From: an uncultured Anaerolineales bacterium
GTDB taxonomy: Bacteria > Chloroflexota > Anaerolineae > Anaerolineales > E44-bin32
Assembly: GCA_965195195.1 (NCBI GenBank)
Contig: CBDAFF010000029.1
Span: 6,553-70,552, forward strand
Direction: 5' to 3'
DNA: 64,000 nucleotides
In this document: positions 57,082 to 64,000 of the stretch, one piece after another
How the letters are laid out: every line of letters begins with the position of its first letter
Position numbering within the stretch: position 1 is the stretch's first letter
The notes under the pieces: model-generated
What the model was told of the DNA's origin: nothing
The model's database searches: none
The model's input: only the letters and a program-made list of their open reading frames with translations
Program-made: the position numbers and the translations under genes

Positions 57082-57519
57082 CGTCAATCCTCCGATCTCG
57101 TGAGAGTGTCCCTTTTGGGGATCTTCATCTACATAACGATGTTGGCTCCCTTTTGTGACACCAATTTGAGCTTTGCGTCAACAAAAACACAGATTCAGTA
57201 TATTCACCTTGCATAAAAGTGTCACTCGACAAAAGTACTACGCTTTCTACCTGACGACAACTCCGAATCTTTAACCCCTCCTTAGAAAATGTCTGCATCT
57301 GCCGTGCCCTGTCCATTTAATCATACGAAACACCCGACCTTGAATGACCGACCTCATCCCTCACACCCCCCGGGTTGACAACGAGGGTGCTTCGCACCCT
57401 TCTGCTATGAGCCCGGAGGTTCAGCTCCGGGCTCACCCTTGAGGGGAAGAAAAACCGAGCACACCACATCTTCGATTGCGCTTCCTGGTAATTACTTCTT
57501 TCGCTTGCAGGGATAAGTG

Positions 57520-57546
57520 AAAAAAGGCTGCCCTTTTGGGGCAGCC
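57520..57546 (-). terminator. Rho-independent terminator of ppdK
   Basis: Minus strand GGCTGCCCC-AAAA-GGGCAGCC followed by TTTTTT, 36 nt after the ppdK stop. Confidence 0.75.
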
Positions 57547-57582
57547 TCTCTAGTGGTTATCTACTTAGATGGTCTGGAGTTC

Positions 57583-60318
57583 TTACTTCCCCATCGCCGC
57601 ATGCGCCGCGGCTAAGCGGGCAATCGGCACGCGGAACGGCGAGCAGCTCACATAGTTCAAGCCGTATTTATGGCACAGCTTAATCGAATCTGGATCACCG
57701 CCATGCTCCCCGCAGATTCCCACCTCTAATTCCGGACGCGCCTTGCGCCCCTCCGCAGTGCACATCTCCATCAGTCGCCCTACCCCATCGCCATCGATGC
57801 TCTGGAAGGGGTTCACCGGTAGGATGCCCTGCTCAACATATGTGAGCAGGAAGTTGCGTTCGGCGTCATCGCGACTATATCCGAAGGTCATCTGTGTCAG
57901 GTCGTTGGTACCAAAGGAGAAGAACTCTGCCACGCCGGCGATCTCCTCTGATGTTAGAGCAGCTCGCGGGATCTCGATCATCGTGCCGAATTTGTAATCA
58001 AACTCGACACCTTTCGTCTCCATGACCTCACTTGCGATCTCCTCCAACCGTGGTTGGATCGCGGTTAGCTCATTGATATGGCCCGTCAAAGGAATCATCA
58101 CTTCCGGATGCGGATCGAAGCCCCGCAGTTTAACATCCGCCGCCGCTTCGAAGATCGCCCGCACCTGCATCTCGACGATCTCGGGCATGACGATACTCAA
58201 GCGCACACCACGCAGCCCCATCATCGGATTCGACTCATGCAGGTTTTCCACACTTACGAGCAGTTCTTCCTTCTCCTTCAAACCCTCTGTCTCACCCTTC
58301 GCCCGCATCGTGGCGATCTCTTCAACAAGCTCCACCAATTCGGGTAGGAACTCATGCAGAGGTGGGTCTATCAAACGGACAATCACCGGCAACCCGGTCA
58401 TCGCTTCGAAAAGACCGTCAAAATCACTGCGCTGGAAGGGCAGCAGTTTGTCGAGTTCCTTCGTACGATCTTCCGAGTTGTCCGCCAGGATCATGCGCTG
58501 CACGATCGGCAATCGTTCCTGTTCGAAGAACATGTGCTCCGTTCGGCAGAGACCAATGCCCTGCGCGCCATAATCGCGCGCCCGCCGTGCGTCTGCCGGA
58601 TAATCGGCGTTTGCCCAAACCTGCAGACCGGTTGTTGGGAATCCTTTTGGCCCTTCGCGCACATCATCTCTGGCCGTGAACTCATCCGCCCATGTTAGCA
58701 GCGTGAGCAGCTCTTCCTGCTCTTCGAAGGAAGGCATCGTAGTGGGGAGCTGCCCCAGGAAAACCTCGCCGGTCGTTCCGTCAACAGATATCCAATCCCC
58801 CTCCTCAATTGTGATGTCATTCGCCGTGAGGTTGCGTTTCTTAAGATCAAGCTTGATCTCAGACGCACCGACAATACAGGGAATGCCAAATTGACGGGCA
58901 ACAACAGCCGCGTGGCTGGTGGCTCCGCCTTCGCTCGTGAGGATGCCTTTCGAGGCCAGCATGCCGTGAACATCGTCTGGCTTGGTGAAGGGCCGTACCA
59001 TAATCACGTCCTGCCCTTCCTCTTTCGCTTTAGTTTCCGCGGTATCGGCGTCGAAATACACTCGTCCGACAGCCGCCCCCGGTGATGCATTCACGCCGCT
59101 TGCGAAGCATTTTCCCTGCTCGCGGGCGCTCTGAAGAGCTTGATGATCGTACTGAGGATGCAGCAGCGCGTCGACCTGATCCGGCGTAATACGAAGGACA
59201 GCTTCTCCCTTGCTGATCATGCCCTCATCAACAAAATCAATCGCGATCCGCATTGCCGCGTTTGCAGTGCGCTTCCCATCCCGCGTCTGCAGCATCCAGA
59301 ATTTTCCTCGCTCGATGGTGAACTCGACGTCCTGCATCTCTTGATAGTGTTCTTCTAGCTTTCCACATATATCCATAAAAGTCGCATAAGCATCGGGCAG
59401 GTCCTTCTCCAGATCGGCAATCGGCTTCGTGTTGCGAATACCAGCAACAACATCCTCGCCCTGCGCGTTGAGCAGGTAATCGCCGTAGATTTTTCTCTCG
59501 CCCGTTGCAGGATCGCGTGTGAAGGCGACGCCGGTTCCGGAATCATCGCCCATGTTACCGAAGACCATCGTCATGATATTTACGCCGGTGCCGAGATCGT
59601 GGCTGATCCCCGCAGCGTTGCGGTAATCCACAGCCCGCTTCCCGAACCATGATCCAAAAACTGCCTCAATAGAAAGACGGAGCTGCTCGTTGGGATCCTG
59701 AGGAAACTCAAAGCCCTTATGTTTTTTGATCACTTTCTTAAACATCTCGGTGATCGCCTTCCAATCCTCGGCTTCGAGCTCCGTATCCAGCTTCAGTCCC
59801 CTCTCCTCCTTGTATTCATCCATCGGCTCCTCAAAAGCCGTATCCGTTATCCCCAATACGACCGAGCCAAACATCTGGACCAATCGCCGGTAGGAGTCAT
59901 AAACGAAACGTGCATCGCCGGTAAGCTCGATCATCCCCTCCACCGACTTGTCGTTCATCCCCAGGTTCAGAACCGTATCCATCATGCCCGGCATGGAGAA
60001 CTTCGCCCCAGAACGGGAGGACACCAGGAGCGGGTTATTCGCATCACCAAAGACCTTGCCGGTCTTCTTCTCGACCGCCTTGATCGCCTCCAGAACCTGA
60101 TCCCAAAGCCCATCTGGGAGAGTCTTGTCATGCGTGAGAAAGGCGTTGCACGCCTCAGTCGTTACGGTGAAACCCGGCGGTACCGGTACGCCGATGCGGG
60201 TCATATCCGCAAGATTGGCGCCTTTGCCTCCGAGAAGAGCGCGCACACCATCCCACGAACCCGCCTTCTTCTCTGCCTGGTCGACATCATCGAATAGGTA
60301 AACCCATTTATCTGCCAT
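57583..60318 (-). CDS. ppdK: Pyruvate, phosphate dikinase
   Basis: MADKWVYLFDD...GGKGANLAEM-type N-terminus, phospho-His region GGATSHAAVVARQFGIP, C-terminal PEP-utiliser TIM barrel CGEHGGDP. ATG 60318 follows AAAGAGGA; the track start 60510 is an upstream TTG. Confidence 0.95.
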   Translation of the reverse strand: MADKWVYLFDDVDQAEKKAGSWDGVRALLGGKGANLADMTRIGVPVPPGFTVTTEACNAFLTHDKTLPDGLWDQVLEAIKAVEKKTGKVFGDANNPLLVSSRSGAKFSMPGMMDTVLNLGMNDKSVEGMIELTGDARFVYDSYRRLVQMFGSVVLGITDTAFEEPMDEYKEERGLKLDTELEAEDWKAITEMFKKVIKKHKGFEFPQDPNEQLRLSIEAVFGSWFGKRAVDYRNAAGISHDLGTGVNIMTMVFGNMGDDSGTGVAFTRDPATGERKIYGDYLLNAQGEDVVAGIRNTKPIADLEKDLPDAYATFMDICGKLEEHYQEMQDVEFTIERGKFWMLQTRDGKRTANAAMRIAIDFVDEGMISKGEAVLRITPDQVDALLHPQYDHQALQSAREQGKCFASGVNASPGAAVGRVYFDADTAETKAKEEGQDVIMVRPFTKPDDVHGMLASKGILTSEGGATSHAAVVARQFGIPCIVGASEIKLDLKKRNLTANDITIEEGDWISVDGTTGEVFLGQLPTTMPSFEEQEELLTLLTWADEFTARDDVREGPKGFPTTGLQVWANADYPADARRARDYGAQGIGLCRTEHMFFEQERLPIVQRMILADNSEDRTKELDKLLPFQRSDFDGLFEAMTGLPVIVRLIDPPLHEFLPELVELVEEIATMRAKGETEGLKEKEELLVSVENLHESNPMMGLRGVRLSIVMPEIVEMQVRAIFEAAADVKLRGFDPHPEVMIPLTGHINELTAIQPRLEEIASEVMETKGVEFDYKFGTMIEIPRAALTSEEIAGVAEFFSFGTNDLTQMTFGYSRDDAERNFLLTYVEQGILPVNPFQSIDGDGVGRLMEMCTAEGRKARPELEVGICGEHGGDPDSIKLCHKYGLNYVSCSPFRVPIARLAAAHAAMGK

Positions 60319-61016
60319 GTTGATAATCCTCTTTCGTTTAGGATGACTGTATATATGGAACGCGCCGCGTCCACCAACTTCTCGGTCACGGCGCACAAAG
60401 AAAGATGATAACCGATTTTCTAATAACTGTGAACGGGATTCATTAAATTCGAGCCTCCTCTTATTATTCAATCGTAAGGGCCGACCTGTGTGTTGGTCCG
60501 CCGCCCTCAAGCAACCAGCAATCTCCCATGACCATTGCTAAATGCTCCTTAGAGACGTCCCTTTGAAACGCAAAACCGAATCGATCGTTATCAGGGGGGC
60601 TCTGCCCAATCCGCTCCGGATTGTGTTTCAATGGGAAATAGAGTCCGAGATAGAGATATTGTATCCTTCTCGGATTTGGATGGTTGGTTTGAGCTGAGAA
60701 CTTGATGTTTAATCCGGTGGATGTGGGGGAGTGAAGTCCCCCACCGTCCCCTCGCGTGCATCCCCGAAGCAGAGCGGAGGGGGCATTGGGGGATTTAGGG
60801 GGAAGAAATAAATCATCACCTCTTCAATAGTCTATCTATTCATTCAAACGCATTGACATCAAGGCGCAGGCTGCATCTGCGACCGGACCCAACGCTTCCT
60901 GTCTCCATAAAAACTAACAACCCATCTCCAGAACACATACGGATTCACCCTAACGATCACCTGAACGCGCAGAGACCGGGGCGTCTCTACAATTTCGAAA
61001 ATGAACCCACGCTCCT

Positions 61017-61367
61017 CTACCCTCCCACCGGCAGCCCGATTAAAACCTCGCCATCCTCCACCCTCACCGGGTACGCAGGGATGTCAACGACCGCGGGAAG
61101 CGTCAGCGCCTTACCTGTTCGTAAATCAAAATGCGCCCCGTGCCGCGGGCAAACAATCTCATACGCCTCAAGCTCCCCCTCGGCCACGGGACCATCATCA
61201 TGCGAACAAACATCTGCGATGGCAAAGAATTCCCCGGCGATGTTGAATAAGGCAATCGCCTGTCCATCAATCTCGAATAGAATCCGCTCTCCATTCCCAA
61301 CCTCATCCTCCGAGGCTACTGAAACGAATTCCACATCCTCTTCTTTATAAGTCTTGTAGTTATACAT
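61017..61367 (-). CDS. Rieske [2Fe-2S] ferredoxin-like protein at the end of the suf operon
   Basis: CSHDDGPV ... CPRHGAHF Rieske ligand motifs (CxH ... CxxH). Confidence 0.8.
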   Translation of the reverse strand: MYNYKTYKEEDVEFVSVASEDEVGNGERILFEIDGQAIALFNIAGEFFAIADVCSHDDGPVAEGELEAYEIVCPRHGAHFDLRTGKALTLPAVVDIPAYPVRVEDGEVLIGLPVGG

Positions 61368-61409
61368 TCACCCCTCGGAGAAAACGCAGCCACTAAAAAT
61401 AAACAACCC

Positions 61410-61826
61410 CTAGATCATGAGCTCCTCTTCAAGCTCATCCAAACCATAAACCCCGGCTTTGAGAACCTTCAAGGAGAGCAGCGCACACTTCAACCGTACG
61501 GGCCCTAACTCAATACCCAGCATCTCAATGATGTCATTTTTCGAGAGCGTCTTAATCTCATCGAGAGTCTTGCCGACGATTGATTCAACGAGCAAATCAG
61601 CGGATGCCAAGGAAATCGCACATCCCTTTCCCGTGAACGCCGCTTCGGTAATGCGACCATCAGCGTCCACCCGCAGGTCGATACGAATTTCATCCCCACA
61701 CAACGGATTGTCGTCCTCGTATGAATAATCATGCGGGTCCAGTTCGCCCCGCATTTGTGGGTTTTTATAACGGTCTATGATCAGTTCTCGATAGAAATCA
61801 TCCATTATCCGTCTTACCTGCTCCAA
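61410..61826 (-). CDS. sufU: SufU (IscU-like) Fe-S assembly / sulfur-transfer protein
   Basis: YKNPQMRGEL, NPLCGDEI, GKGCAIS, LKCALLS are the three conserved Cys contexts. Confidence 0.85.
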   Translation of the reverse strand: MEQVRRIMDDFYRELIIDRYKNPQMRGELDPHDYSYEDDNPLCGDEIRIDLRVDADGRITEAAFTGKGCAISLASADLLVESIVGKTLDEIKTLSKNDIIEMLGIELGPVRLKCALLSLKVLKAGVYGLDELEEELMI

Positions 61827-61888
61827 ATATGATTTGCGAAAATCCTGGATCCGTGAAAAGCAGAACCGACATCGTCCCCCTTTTTGCG

Positions 61889-63136
61889 TTAGCTGAAGAT
61901 CTCTTTCACTTTGTAAAGACCCTCGATCAATTGGTCAACTTCTTCTTTCACATTGTAGATATAGAAAGAGGCGCGCGATGTAGCATCGATGTCGAAATGT
62001 TGGTGAGCCGGTTGAGCACAGTGATGGCCGGCGCGGATCGCGATCCCGAAGGAATCCAGGATGTGCGCAACGTCATGCGTGTGTATGCCATCGTAAATGA
62101 AGGAAAGCACACCGCCCTTATCTTCCGCCTCAGGGCCGTAGACTTGAATACCCGGGACTTCTTCCAAACGTTCGAGCGCGTAGGCTGTCAGCGCCTGCTC
62201 GTATTGATGTACTGCCTCCATTCCCAAGTTCGCCAGGTAGTCTACCGCCTCTCCAAAACCGATCCCCTCGGCGATCGCGGGTGTGCCGGCCTCGAATTTG
62301 TATGGCAGATCATTCATCGTGAAGCCGCCAAGCTGAACTCGCTTGATCATATCCCCACCACCGAGGAACGGCGGCATTTCTTGCAGCAATTCTTTGCGTC
62401 CATATAGTATGCCGATTCCTGTCGGACCCAGCATCTTATGCGCCGAGAACACCATGAAATCCACGCCTAGCTCCTGGACATCGACGGGCATATGCGGCAC
62501 AGATTGCGCTGCATCGATGATCACAACAGCACCCGCTCGATGTGCCTGCTCGGTCATCTCGGCGACCGGGTTGATCGTTCCCAACATATTAGACATCTGG
62601 GTGAAGGAGACTAATTTGGGCTCACGTTCGAGTAAGGCTGCAAAAGATTCCTGGTCCAATTTTCCCTGATCGGTTAATGTGACGAAATCGAGAGTCACCC
62701 CCACCTCGCTCGCCAGCATCTGCCAGGGCACGATGTTCGAGTGATGTTCCATCTCCGTCAGCAGGATATGATCACCTGCTTTGAGGTTTGCCCGGCCCCA
62801 GCTGTACGCCAGCAAGTTGAGCGACTCCGTCGTATTTCGTGTAAAGACAATCTCCCGCCAGCTCTCCGCGCCGATGAAGGAGGCGATTTTCTTGCGGCCA
62901 TTTTCATAGGCGACTGTAGCTTCCTCCGCCAGACAGTGGATGCCGCGATGGATATTTGAATTCATATGTCGATAATAAGAATCCATCGCCTCGATTACCT
63001 GCACGGGCTTCTGAGATGTCGCCGCGTTGTCCAGATAAACAAGCTGAACTCCCGGTTCCGTCTCACGTTCAAGAATTGGAAAATCCCGACGTATCGCCGG
63101 GATGTCAAGCGTGGTTGATTCGAAGGATAATCCCAT
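61889..63136 (-). CDS. sufS: Cysteine desulfurase, SufS type (class II)
   Basis: VYLDNAATSQKP, FSAHKMLGPTGIG (PLP Lys), RAGHHCAQP (catalytic Cys). Confidence 0.9.
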   Translation of the reverse strand: MGLSFESTTLDIPAIRRDFPILERETEPGVQLVYLDNAATSQKPVQVIEAMDSYYRHMNSNIHRGIHCLAEEATVAYENGRKKIASFIGAESWREIVFTRNTTESLNLLAYSWGRANLKAGDHILLTEMEHHSNIVPWQMLASEVGVTLDFVTLTDQGKLDQESFAALLEREPKLVSFTQMSNMLGTINPVAEMTEQAHRAGAVVIIDAAQSVPHMPVDVQELGVDFMVFSAHKMLGPTGIGILYGRKELLQEMPPFLGGGDMIKRVQLGGFTMNDLPYKFEAGTPAIAEGIGFGEAVDYLANLGMEAVHQYEQALTAYALERLEEVPGIQVYGPEAEDKGGVLSFIYDGIHTHDVAHILDSFGIAIRAGHHCAQPAHQHFDIDATSRASFYIYNVKEEVDQLIEGLYKVKEIFS

Positions 63137-63166
63137 TAAACCCTCACCTAGATTGTGGAATGCCTG

Positions 63167-63463
63167 TCAGGATTTGCGTTTTGCACGTTTGCGTTTTCTT
63201 TTTGCCCGACGGATGGCTTCGCTGCTGTGCTGCGTCCAGAGGACTCGATCGGGGACCATCCAGCCGTCGGTCAGGTACACGTCTTCAGTGAATTGGACTG
63301 CAACCATTTTCTCGTCCACTTGCACGACGACACCTTGCAGCCAGTCACGCACACGGCGGCCATCCCTATTATGGTCACAGTAAACTTCAACAACCTCTCC
63401 AACCGCGTGAATATGTTTATCTATCCTGTTAATTGTCGCACTGTTATCTATCTCTCTTGCCAT
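63167..63463 (-). CDS. Hypothetical 98-aa protein with poly-basic tail, embedded in the suf operon
   Basis: ORF between sufD and sufS. Beta-rich core (VGEVVEVYCD...WLQGVVVQVDEKMVAVQF) and tail RRAKRKRKRAKRKS. Confidence 0.5.
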   Translation of the reverse strand: MAREIDNSATINRIDKHIHAVGEVVEVYCDHNRDGRRVRDWLQGVVVQVDEKMVAVQFTEDVYLTDGWMVPDRVLWTQHSSEAIRRAKRKRKRAKRKS

Positions 63464-63523
63464 TTACTATCTCTCGCTTTTTATCTCAGACGGACCAGCT
63501 TATTATTGTATGGCAGTCCGCCT

Positions 63524-64000
63524 TTAATTGCCAAGTTTCGCTTCGATCATCCCCTGAAAACGCTCCCTCACGCCGTCGAAGGGGATGCGCTCCATAATGG
63601 GTGCGAAGAAGCCGTCGATCATCATTCGCTCAGCCTCCTCACGTGGAAAACCACGCGTCATCAAATAATATATCGGCAGATCTTCTAATTGGCCCACGGT
63701 CGCGCCGTGGGTACAGCGTACATCATCTGCCAGGATTTCCAAACCGGGAATCGAATCGGCGCGCGCTTTCTTGCTTAAAATCAGGTTGCGATTTGCCTGA
63801 AAACCATCCGTCTTTTGTGCCTCAGGTGCAACATAGATCATTCCCTGCCAAACAGAACGGCTCTGATCGATCAGGGCGCCCTTGTATAGCAGATCGCTCA
63901 TCGTGTTCGGCGCCAGGTGATTCTGCTGCGTATCATGATCGAAATGCTGCCGTTCGCTGGCGAAGTAAAATCCGGAGAACCGTCCCTCCGCCCCTTGCCC
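63524..64000 (-). CDS. sufD: SufD (SufB/D family) Fe-S assembly protein; 5' end beyond the right window edge
   Basis: Frame stays open to base 64000 (…GQGAEGRFSGFYFASERQHFDHDTQQNHLAPNTMSDLLYKG…). DDVRCTHGATVGQLEDLPIYYLMTRG is a SufB/D block. Its position upstream of sufS favours SufD. Confidence 0.7.
   Translation of the reverse strand, partial: GQGAEGRFSGFYFASERQHFDHDTQQNHLAPNTMSDLLYKGALIDQSRSVWQGMIYVAPEAQKTDGFQANRNLILSKKARADSIPGLEILADDVRCTHGATVGQLEDLPIYYLMTRGFPREEAERMMIDGFFAPIMERIPFDGVRERFQGMIEAKLGN

Noticed and set aside
57409-57434. GGTTCAG-containing hairpin as a possible tRNA T-arm
   Set aside because: The stem is 10 bp with a 6-nt loop. No acceptor, D or anticodon arms can be built around it.
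58022-59085. Several 60-180-aa plus-strand ORFs within ppdK
   Set aside because: They are antisense to a gene identified with very high confidence and give R/S/P-rich shadow translations.
60319-60510. 64-codon N-terminal extension of ppdK from a TTG
   Set aside because: The canonical PPDK N-terminus (MADKWVYLF) starts at ATG 60318, which is preceded by AAAGAGGA. The extension is basic, low-complexity sequence.
60723-60801. Recurrent G5/C5 tracts as a possible CRISPR-like or G-quadruplex array
   Set aside because: There is no repeat-spacer periodicity. Only three G-runs of three or more lie close together, so it is neither a CRISPR array nor a canonical four-tract G4.
1-64000. Scan for rRNA, tRNA, CRISPR arrays, integrase/recombinase genes, and toxin-antitoxin or known defence genes
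   Set aside because: I recognised none by eye on either strand. The only recombinase-type gene is the IS transposase. A tRNAscan, Infernal or defence-HMM run could still find something I missed.

Overview
This is a 64-kb bacterial chromosomal segment that is densely coding, with most genes on the minus strand. The gene content (archaeal-type mevalonate genes, DUF2298 and GT39 membrane proteins) suggests a Chloroflexota/Anaerolineae-like organism, but that is inference only.

**Bases 1-12.8 kb:** one tightly packed minus-strand operon for lipid-carrier-dependent envelope glycosylation. It holds two tandem DUF2298-like GT-C proteins, a GT39-like protein, a SAM methyltransferase, a GT4 glycosyltransferase and a flippase-like protein. 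One of the DUF2298-like genes (1..2629) runs off the left edge and is absent from the ORF track. The other is a 1654-aa fusion.

**12.9-18.7 kb:** tlyA, then a divergent, translationally coupled ubiA(DPPR-synthase-like)-mvk-ipk operon, then panB plus an unrecognised 422-aa ORF.

**19-50 kb:** mixed housekeeping and small detox, stress and membrane genes.
- Recognisable genes include rph, pepF, dodecin, a CDF transporter, an OmpR/HK pair, mscL, cysK, an alpha-oxoamine synthase and five ICMT/PEMT-like methyltransferase paralogs.
- There is one intact IS of 1836 bp with 16-bp inverted repeats and a 7-bp target-site duplication.

**50.3-56.0 kb (top hunt result):** a visibly AT-richer run of nine small, functionally unrelated minus-strand ORFs. 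They are separated by imperfect inverted repeats with RYYYAAC...GTT-box architecture. I read this as a candidate integron-type cassette array with no integrase in view. It is unverified because I could not run an attC model.

**57.6-64 kb:** ppdK with a clear terminator, a 0.64-kb structured non-coding gap, and a suf operon (sufD partial, sufS, sufU, Rieske).

I found no rRNA, tRNA or CRISPR array.
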